NCBI GenBank assembly: GCA_965213925.1
Contig: OZ243927.1
Location: 3,648,001-3,712,000, forward strand
DNA from: Trueperaceae bacterium
GTDB lineage: Bacteria > Deinococcota > Deinococci > Deinococcales > Trueperaceae
Direction: 5' to 3'
DNA: 64,000 bases
The position numbers and the translations under genes are program-made. Under the pieces are notes generated by a model, which saw nothing but the letters and a program-made list of their open reading frames with translations, was not told where the DNA came from and did no database searches. Positions 56,496 through 64,000 of this stretch are shown piece by piece (the stretch's first letter is position 1; each line of letters begins with the position of its first letter).

Positions 56496-57473
56496 ATGTC
56501 TACAGGTATGTTTGCAGGTATGTTTGCAGATGTTCGCTCAGCTTGCGCAGAGGTAGCCAAGCGCTCGCGCTACGTTACGCTGAACAAAGATAAACTAGGC
56601 GCGTACGCCCGCTCGCTTTCCGCTGAAACTGCGCCGCCGACTTACGACACCGTTCATCACTTTCTAGGCTCACCGGACGACACGCTTGCCTATATCATTA
56701 CGCTAGACGCGGTCAACTTCGGCTCAGGGTACTTTCCGCACCTGCAGAAGCGCCCCGGTATGTCGGGATACTTCACGGTGGCGTCGGCCCTTAAAGACTC
56801 TTTTGATGAGAACGGACCGATTGACGCGGGGGCGCTGAGCAAGCTAAGGGTGGAAAGTTGCTCGAGCCTCTTCGGTCAAGACCTCATCAACCCCGTTCGC
56901 GCCGAACTGATGCAGCATTTCACGCGAGCACTCAATGACCTCGGCACCTACCTTTTAGAGCATTTCGGCGGACGCTTCACCACGCTCATAAAGAGCGCTG
57001 AACATTCCGCCGAACGCTTAGCGGCGCACCTCGCCGAGATGCCCTACTTCAGAGATGTCGCTACGTACGAGAACTTGCGCGTTCCCCTCTACAAACGCGC
57101 GCAGATCACCGCCTCTGACCTCGCGCTCGCTTTTAGCGGCGAAGGCTACGGTTCCTTTAACGATCTGGATAAGCTCACGATTTTCGCCGACAACCTCGTC
57201 CCGCACGTGCTCCGTTTAGACGGCGTCCTCCATTTTGGCGAGGACCTCCTCTCGCGCATCCGAGCGGGTCAACTCATCGCGCCCGGTTCACCGGAAGAGG
57301 TCGAGATTCGCGCCGTGGCGCTCCACGCGGTCGAAAGGATGGTGAGCGCTCTGCGCGAAAACGGACCTGAGCACGTCACGGCGCAAAACCTAGACGTGCG
57401 GCTCTGGAATAGAGGGCAGGACCCTCGGTACAAAGCGGAGCCGCGTCACCGCACGCAGACGGTTTATTATTGA
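56496..57473 (+). CDS. Queuosine salvage hydrolase (DUF2419/QNG1 family)
   Basis: LDAVNFGSG, FRDV...YKRAQI..SDL, LTIFADNLVPHVLR, EEVEIRA, D..LW and HRTQTVYY motifs. Confidence 0.88.
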   Translation: MSTGMFAGMFADVRSACAEVAKRSRYVTLNKDKLGAYARSLSAETAPPTYDTVHHFLGSPDDTLAYIITLDAVNFGSGYFPHLQKRPGMSGYFTVASALKDSFDENGPIDAGALSKLRVESCSSLFGQDLINPVRAELMQHFTRALNDLGTYLLEHFGGRFTTLIKSAEHSAERLAAHLAEMPYFRDVATYENLRVPLYKRAQITASDLALAFSGEGYGSFNDLDKLTIFADNLVPHVLRLDGVLHFGEDLLSRIRAGQLIAPGSPEEVEIRAVALHAVERMVSALRENGPEHVTAQNLDVRLWNRGQDPRYKAEPRHRTQTVYY

Positions 57474-57490
57474 CTGTGGAGGTTAAGCTA

Positions 57491-57690
57491 GCAGGTATAC
57501 CCGCTAAAGCAGCTAGCGGGCTAGTGGGAGCTTCGCGACTGCGCGCCACGCGACTGCACTTTCATCTGGTCTAAAACACTCCCACTATGAAAAACACCGA
57601 TGAGCACGCACGTTGTGAGATGAAGTTCCGTTACAGCAAAGCTGTGAAACCTGCGGCATTCTGTCTCAGTATGTTTTGGAAGTGTTAAGC
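57491..57690 (+). repeat. Dispersed repeat family B, longest copy (MITE-like)
   Basis: Begins with the hairpin CCCGCTAAAGCAGCTAGCGGG; the 3' half matches 39751-39865 in inverted orientation. Confidence 0.8.
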
Positions 57691-57838
57691 GTAGCGCGGA
57701 CACGCCGAGCTGTAGTCCCGTCACCATTAACCTTATCTTTATCCTAATGAGTGATAGTATTGGGTACATCCAAGGCGGCAAGGACACTGCCCTCTACGCA
57801 CGCTGACTTTAGAGCAATCTTATTTCTGTAGGTATTTT

Positions 57839-58678
57839 ATGAACGTAGCGAAAGCACTTTCCTTGACGCAGGAGACCCTCGAGGCTGCCCAAATCGACAG
57901 CCACCGAGTCGAGTCATTGGTGATATTAGAGCATCTACTAGGTGCGTCTAGGCTCGAGATCGTCACCAACTATCAGCGCCCTCTAAGCGAGTCACAGCAA
58001 GAGAAACTCAGCCGCTGGCTCGCGCGACGCGCGCAGCGCGAACCGTTGCAGCATATTTTGGGCATCGCTTACTTCTACGGTTTGGAACTCACTATTACGC
58101 CGCACGTGCTCATCCCACGCCCCGAGACGGAGCGCATGGTCGAGCTTGCCTTGCGGCGTTTAGGACGGCGGGCACCTCTTAAAGTGTTGGACATCGGTAC
58201 GGGCAGCGGCGCGATCGCGCTCGCGATCAAAGCGGAGCGCTCTAACGCCGAGGTGATGGCGACGGATATATGCGGCAAAGCGCTCGAGGTGGCTAAAACC
58301 AACGCCGCCAACCTCGGCTTAGACATTCGTTTTTTGGTCGCGGACCTTTTAGAAACGGAAGAGGTCAGGGCGTTCGCCCGAGACGCCGACCTCGTCATCT
58401 CCAACCCACCCTATCTGCCCGAATCGGACAGAGATGAAATCAGCCCGGAGGTGCGCGCTGATCCGCAGGGCGCACTCTACTCGGGCGAGGACGGGCTCAC
58501 GCACTTTAGACGGTTGGAGCGTGACGCCTTCGCCCTGCTCAAAACGGACGCTTGGCTTTTCGTCGAACTCGATCCGCGCAACGTACGCACCGCGTTTGAC
58601 GAGTGCGGAGGTTGGCGTCAGCGCTGGGTGGAGAAGGACTTGGTGCGGCGTGAGCGGTTTTTGCGGTTAAGGCGCTAA
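57839..58678 (+). CDS. prmC: Release factor glutamine methyltransferase
   Basis: REPLQHILG, VLIPRPETE, LDIGTGSGAIA and SNPPY motifs. Confidence 0.95.
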   Translation: MNVAKALSLTQETLEAAQIDSHRVESLVILEHLLGASRLEIVTNYQRPLSESQQEKLSRWLARRAQREPLQHILGIAYFYGLELTITPHVLIPRPETERMVELALRRLGRRAPLKVLDIGTGSGAIALAIKAERSNAEVMATDICGKALEVAKTNAANLGLDIRFLVADLLETEEVRAFARDADLVISNPPYLPESDRDEISPEVRADPQGALYSGEDGLTHFRRLERDAFALLKTDAWLFVELDPRNVRTAFDECGGWRQRWVEKDLVRRERFLRLRR

Positions 58679-58834
58679 AGACTGGGGTAGTGGCTTTATC
58701 CGGAATGACGCTGACGTCAAAGCAAGGGGTTTCAACCCCTTGTCCACTCCCCCTATTCAGTATGTAGAGATAGCAGAGGGAGCACATGGCAGCATTCGAC
58801 TCAGAACCGCTACCAAGACTGGTTTCGGATGGCG

Positions 58835-59356
58835 TCAGGTATCCCTTCGCGCGTCGGTCTCTGGGCTCGAGCTATAAACTTCGGGGTTTATAGACTCGTC
58901 CTCAGCCTCTTGCGGGCGCTCGAAGAAGCTCGAGATCAGCAGCAGCGCCGCCCCGCCCACCACGCACATATCCGCCACGTTGAAAACTGGATAGTTAAAG
59001 CCCTGTACGTAGAAGTGGATAAAGTCGCGCACAAAGCCGAGCAAGAAGCGGTCGATCATGTTGCCGATCGCGCCGCTCAGGATAAGCGTCAAGGCGGCGA
59101 GTTGCATTTTGGGCATCGTGCGGGCGTGGCGCAAGAGGTAGACGAAGATGGCGACAGAAACGACCGCCGAGAGAATACCTAAAAGAAACGTGCCGCCCTG
59201 CAAAATGCCAAAAGCTGCGCCCGTGTTGCGCGTGTAGGTGAAGTGGAAGCCGAGCCCGAGCGCGAGGTCGGGACCGTTCAGGGGAAAGGTGCTCGCCGCC
59301 CACCACTTGGTGAGCTGGTCTATAGCGACGAGGATAAGAACTGCGAAGAGGTACAT
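58835..59356 (-). CDS. lspA: Lipoprotein signal peptidase II
   Basis: DQLTK, NTGAAFG, GAIGNMIDR, VRDFI and FNVAD motifs. Confidence 0.96.
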   Translation of the reverse strand: MYLFAVLILVAIDQLTKWWAASTFPLNGPDLALGLGFHFTYTRNTGAAFGILQGGTFLLGILSAVVSVAIFVYLLRHARTMPKMQLAALTLILSGAIGNMIDRFLLGFVRDFIHFYVQGFNYPVFNVADMCVVGGAALLLISSFFERPQEAEDESINPEVYSSSPETDARRDT

Positions 59357-59686
59357 AGGGCTTAGTATACGGAGTGTGGACGCGGTTGGGGTGGATTGGC
59401 TTGCATTTTGTCATCAATTTTGTAAAAAAGCTCAGGAGTTGGTTCCCTTATTTTATCCGAGAACGCCGCGTCCACACCGCTATTTTCGCTTTCAGTTAGG
59501 TGCGAACGGCTCGAGCCTGTTGAGCAGGTGTCGCCAACTTCACATGAAGCTGTGTCCTTAAACCGTACGCTTTGGCAGAATTACACGCCATTTTTCAGCG
59601 TATACTCCTCCATATTCATCTTTGAAGCGGTGTGTGTGAGAGAAAGCGTCAGTTTAGATGCCAGAAACGGAATAGGAGGGGTAAGG

Positions 59687-62600
59687 ATGCCCGCGACCCT
59701 TAATCAGTTGCAGCAGTTCATCAAACGAAACCGCCAGGGAGCCGACGACCCCTTAGAGAACTTCGTTGGCTTTTTATTTGAGAAAGCCAGCCCCGACCTC
59801 TTGGAGATTTTCGACACGGAGAGCCTTCTAGCTGTCGGTAAAGGTGCGCTCTCTTTCATGCAGGACAAAGCGCCCGAAGAGGTGCGCGTGCGCGTCTACA
59901 ACCCGAGCTACGAGGCGGAGGGCTGGAAGACGCCCTACACCGCTTTGGAACTCACCCTCAAAGACCGCCCTTTCATCGTGGACTCGGTGCGCGCTGCCCT
60001 GCGCCGCAAGGGGTACGAAGTCTATCACCTCTTACATCCGATTTTGAGGGTCGAGCGTGAAGATGGCAGGGTCACAGACGTTGACATCGGGCAGGATGAA
60101 GATGAGGTCTTAGAGGCGTACGAGCTTTACCTCATCGAGCGCGAGGACGACGCGCAAGAGCGTGAATCATTAGAGGTCGCCATCCGAGAGGTTTTAGAAG
60201 ACGTCGTTTTAGCCACCGACGACTACCTGACTATGCGGGAGAAGACGGGGGAGCTTAAAGGGACGTTGGAGGACCTGCAAAAGTACGCCAAAAATCAAAA
60301 ACAAGCCGACGAGTTAGAGGAGTACACCGCCTTTATGAGCTGGCTGGCGGACGACAACTACGTCTTTTTGGGCTACCGCGAGTACGACATTATCGACCAA
60401 AACGGCACGCAGCACCTCGTCGTGGACCAGGATTCAGGCTTGGGCGTTTTGAGCAAGATGCAAGAGAGCGCCTACACCGAGCCCGTACCGCTCAGCGAAA
60501 TCCCGCAGGGGCTACGCGAGCGCGTCTTAGGCGGCAAAGTTTTGACCGTCACCAAAACGAACGCCGAGTCCACCGTCCACCGCCCCGCCCGCATGGACTA
60601 CGTCGGCTTGAAAAAGATAGCTGAGACCTGGCAGGTGCAGGGCGAACGGCGTTTCGTCGGGCTCTTCACCTCGAAAGCGCTCTCGACGTCCGTCGAAGAC
60701 ATCCCCATCTTGCGCCACAAGTTGCGCCTCGTTTTGGACAAAGACAAGGCGACCCCCGGCTCGCACGATTACAAGCGTATCGTCACGATTTTTAATTCAA
60801 TCCCGCGTGAAGAACTCTTCTGGAGCGACGCCTCGCAGCTCTATAAGGACATCCGCACCGTCATGGACACCGCCAAGGAGCGCGGCGTACGTTTAACCGT
60901 GCGCCCCGACCCACTCGCAAGAGGTCTCGCGGTCATGGTCATCATGCCCCGCGAGCGCTTTAACGCCGACGTGCGCCGCGAGATTCAGGCGTTTTTGGCG
61001 GATGAACTGGACGCCGAGCACGTCGATTATCAACTTGCGATGGGTGAGGACGAGGCGCAGGTGCGCTTTCACTTCTTCTTCACCACGAGTAAGAGCCAAG
61101 ACGACCTTCACATCGCTGAGTTGGAAGGAGAGGTCGCCGACCTCACACGCACCTGGAACGACCACCTCTTAGAGCGGCTGATGACGCAGAAGGGCGAGGC
61201 GGCGGGCAGGCGCTTGGCGGAGCGCTACGCGGACGCCTTCGACGAGCGGTACAAAGCGGATACCAGCAGCGCGGTCGCCCTGCGCGACATCGAGAACTTG
61301 GAGGCGCTAGGCGGCTCGCCCTATCTCGTGGACATCCTCAACCCTATCCACGGTTACGAGGGCGAAGAGGCGACGCAACTCAAGATTTATCACCAGGAGC
61401 GCACGCTCGTCTTGAGCGAAGTCTTGCCAATTTTGGAGAACCTGGGCTTCAAAGTCTTAGAGCAAATCTCTTACTACACGCGGGCGAGTAGTCAAGCCTC
61501 GAGCAAAAGTAGAGAGGTGCGCGGCATCGACATTTTCCGCGTGCAAGACCGCGCCGGCGAGATTATCGACGTACGCGAGCACGGCGAGCGGATTAAAGAG
61601 GCGCTCCTAGCGCTGCTCACCCAGAGCGCCGAGAGCGATACCCTAAACCGCTTAGTGCTCTACGGCAACCTCAGCGTACGGCAAGTCGCCCTTTTGCGAA
61701 CCCTGCAGATGTACTACGCCCAACTGAGTGCGGGGACGAGCCGGAGTTTCGTCGCCAGTGCGCTCCTCAACCACCCGAACGTCGCCAGCCTCATCTACCG
61801 CGCCTTCGACGTGAAGTTCAAGCCGAATGTAGGCGATAGAGAGGTGAAGTTAGACGAGGTCGAAGCGTCCTTTTCCGAGGCGCTGCAAGAGGTCGCCTCG
61901 TTGTCCGAAGACCAGACCCTGCGCGGGCTTTTTAACCTCGTCAGCGCGGCGGTGCGCACGAACTTCTTCTTGGACAAACCTTACATATCGCTCAAGCTCG
62001 ACTCTTCACAAGTCACCCGGATGCCCGAGCCGCGCCCCTTCTTCGAGATCGCCATGTCGAGCCCGACGGTCGAAGGCACACACCTGCGCGGCGGCAAGGT
62101 GGCGCGCGGCGGCTTGCGCTGGAGCGACCGCCCGGATGACTTTCGCACCGAAGTCTTGGGCTTGATGAAAACGCAGATGACCAAAAACGCGGTGATCGTG
62201 CCGGTCGGCTCGAAAGGCGGTTTCATCGTCAAGAACGCGCCTGATGACCGTGACGCTTTGCGCGAGTACGTGAGGACGCAATATAAGACCTATATTCACA
62301 GTCTTTTAGACCTCACCGACAACCGGGTGAACGGCGAAACGGTTCAGCCTGAAGGCGTCGTGGTCTACGACGAGCCCGACCCTTACTTGGTCGTTGCGGC
62401 GGACAAAGGCACCGCGACCTTCTCCGACCTCGCCAACGAGACCGCCGCCGAATACGACTTCTGGCTCGGCGACGCCTTCGCCTCGGGCGGCTCGCACGGC
62501 TACGACCATAAGGAAGAGGCGATTACCGCGAACGGCGCGTGGGAGTGCGTGAAGCGGCATTTCTATGAGATGGGAACGAACGTCTTTAAGCAGAGCGTCA

Positions 62601-64000
62601 CGGTGGCGGGCATCGGGGACATGTCGGGCGACGTCTTCGGCAACGGTCTCCTCTACACGGATACGCTCAAGTTGCAAGCGGCCTTTAACCACCTGCACAT
62701 CTTTTTAGACCCTGACCCTGATCCGAAAGGGAGCTTCGAGGAGCGCAAACGCTTGTTCGAGAAACCGCGCTCGACTTGGGAAGATTACAATCCTGACCTC
62801 ATCAGCGAGGGGGGCGGGGTGTACTCGAGGTTCAGTAAATCCATCACCCTCACGCCACAAGTTAAGGCGATGTTGGACGCCCAAGCGGACGCACTTTCAG
62901 GGCAAGACCTCATCCGAGCGATTCTCAAGATGCCCGTGGATTTGCTCTGGAACGGCGGCATCGGCACGTACATCAAAGCCTCTTCGGAAAGCCACGCGGA
63001 CGTGGGGGACTCGAGCAACAACGCCGTGCGCGTAGACGCGCCTGAGCTGCGCGCTAAAGTGGTGGGTGAAGGCGGTAACTTAGGCTTCACGCAGCTCGCC
63101 CGCACCGAATACGCGAAGCGCGGCGGGCGCATCAACACCGACGCCATCGACAACTCGGGCGGTGTGGACATGTCCGACCACGAGGTCAACATCAAAATCG
63201 CTTTAAGGCCTCTTGTCGGCAGCGGCGAGCTGTCCTTTGTGCAGCGCAACCGCCTCCTAGACGAAATGACGGATGAGGTCAGTGCGTCGGTCTTGCGCGA
63301 CAACTACGAGCAGTCCTTGGCGATCTCGCTCGCTGAGCGGCGCAGCGAAGAGGAACTCCTGCTTTTCGCCTCGCTACAAGACTACTTGTCAGAGCGCGGT
63401 CCCCTCAAGCCTGAGGTCGAATTCTTGCCGAGCCCGCGGGTCTTTAACGAGCGGCAGCGCTCAGGCGAAGGCTTGGCCCGGCCTGAACTCGCCATTCTCC
63501 TCGCCTACACCAAGATGGGCATCTACCGCCGCCTCTTAGAGACTGACTTCCCCGACGAGCCGCACTTTCAGCACTACTTGTTCGACTACTTTCCGAGCGC
63601 CTTAAACGAGCGCTTCCCCGAGGTCATTCAGGGCCACTCGCTGCGCCGTGAGGTCATCGCCACGCAGTTCACGAATACCGTCGTGGACCTTTTGGGCATC
63701 ACCTTTGTGCACCGCAGCATCCGCGACACGGGGGCGAGCCCGGTGGAGGTCATCCGGGCGGCGCTCGTCGCCTTAGAGATTTTAAGCGCGAGCGACTTTT
63801 TAGAGCGCGTCTTTGCGCTCGACTACGAGATTTCGGCGGACGCGCAGTACGCCATGTTAGAGGAGTTCGTCAGCGCGACTGAAGACATCGTCGCTTGGAT
63901 ACTCCTCTCGGACGTGGCGATACGCTCGATCCCCGACTTCGTCGAGACGTACAAAGAGCCGATGAGCGCGTTGCGAGAAAGCCTCGAGTCCTTCCTTCCC
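59687..64000 (+). CDS. Large NAD-specific glutamate dehydrogenase (GdhB type), 3' end outside the window
   Basis: Not in the ORF track. AGGAGG RBS and ATG 59687; in-frame HLRGGKVARGGLRWSDR..DFRTEVLGL, KNAVIVPVGSKGGF, YLVVAADKGTATFSD, GDMSGDVFGNG and SDHEVNIKI. Confidence 0.95.
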   Translation, partial: MPATLNQLQQFIKRNRQGADDPLENFVGFLFEKASPDLLEIFDTESLLAVGKGALSFMQDKAPEEVRVRVYNPSYEAEGWKTPYTALELTLKDRPFIVDSVRAALRRKGYEVYHLLHPILRVEREDGRVTDVDIGQDEDEVLEAYELYLIEREDDAQERESLEVAIREVLEDVVLATDDYLTMREKTGELKGTLEDLQKYAKNQKQADELEEYTAFMSWLADDNYVFLGYREYDIIDQNGTQHLVVDQDSGLGVLSKMQESAYTEPVPLSEIPQGLRERVLGGKVLTVTKTNAESTVHRPARMDYVGLKKIAETWQVQGERRFVGLFTSKALSTSVEDIPILRHKLRLVLDKDKATPGSHDYKRIVTIFNSIPREELFWSDASQLYKDIRTVMDTAKERGVRLTVRPDPLARGLAVMVIMPRERFNADVRREIQAFLADELDAEHVDYQLAMGEDEAQVRFHFFFTTSKSQDDLHIAELEGEVADLTRTWNDHLLERLMTQKGEAAGRRLAERYADAFDERYKADTSSAVALRDIENLEALGGSPYLVDILNPIHGYEGEEATQLKIYHQERTLVLSEVLPILENLGFKVLEQISYYTRASSQASSKSREVRGIDIFRVQDRAGEIIDVREHGERIKEALLALLTQSAESDTLNRLVLYGNLSVRQVALLRTLQMYYAQLSAGTSRSFVASALLNHPNVASLIYRAFDVKFKPNVGDREVKLDEVEASFSEALQEVASLSEDQTLRGLFNLVSAAVRTNFFLDKPYISLKLDSSQVTRMPEPRPFFEIAMSSPTVEGTHLRGGKVARGGLRWSDRPDDFRTEVLGLMKTQMTKNAVIVPVGSKGGFIVKNAPDDRDALREYVRTQYKTYIHSLLDLTDNRVNGETVQPEGVVVYDEPDPYLVVAADKGTATFSDLANETAAEYDFWLGDAFASGGSHGYDHKEEAITANGAWECVKRHFYEMGTNVFKQSVTVAGIGDMSGDVFGNGLLYTDTLKLQAAFNHLHIFLDPDPDPKGSFEERKRLFEKPRSTWEDYNPDLISEGGGVYSRFSKSITLTPQVKAMLDAQADALSGQDLIRAILKMPVDLLWNGGIGTYIKASSESHADVGDSSNNAVRVDAPELRAKVVGEGGNLGFTQLARTEYAKRGGRINTDAIDNSGGVDMSDHEVNIKIALRPLVGSGELSFVQRNRLLDEMTDEVSASVLRDNYEQSLAISLAERRSEEELLLFASLQDYLSERGPLKPEVEFLPSPRVFNERQRSGEGLARPELAILLAYTKMGIYRRLLETDFPDEPHFQHYLFDYFPSALNERFPEVIQGHSLRREVIATQFTNTVVDLLGITFVHRSIRDTGASPVEVIRAALVALEILSASDFLERVFALDYEISADAQYAMLEEFVSATEDIVAWILLSDVAIRSIPDFVETYKEPMSALRESLESFLP

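Noticed and set aside
1..64000. tRNA, rRNA, integrase, transposase or prophage genes
   Set aside because: None recognised in the window.

Overview
GC-rich bacterial chromosome segment, most likely Deinococcota (Truepera-like). This is inferred from the SLH/beta-barrel protein, the DUF11 clusters, the TPR-GGDEF/S8 pair, the c-di-GMP-II riboswitches and the many leaderless-type promoters. The housekeeping backbone comprises rarA, ackA, a ROK kinase, kynB-kynU, truB, ald, cysS, yigZ, qor, natAB-like ABC genes, ruvA, rpmH-rnpA-yidD-yidC-jag, prmC, lspA and a large NAD-glutamate dehydrogenase cut by the window end. Standout accessory content: (1) a four-gene DUF11 operon whose 914-aa product has a split isopeptide-type domain, with the Asn strand at the N-terminus and the Lys/Asp half at the C-terminus, suggesting a head-to-tail covalently linked filament; (2) a pilin/chaperone cluster with donor-strand-like N-termini and no usher in the locus, preceded by three c-di-GMP-II riboswitches; (3) a fourth c-di-GMP-II riboswitch ahead of a lipoprotein S8 protease next to a TPR diguanylate cyclase, with a direct-repeat promoter motif shared among these loci; (4) an AT-rich stand-alone nuclease-NTPase-S1 gene that looks like an acquired defence protein. 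Also seen are tandem SSS transporter paralogues, a queuosine-salvage hydrolase, three families of short dispersed repeats, an unannotated 47-aa lipoprotein and a compensated frameshift. All family assignments come from motif recognition by eye; no database searches were run.
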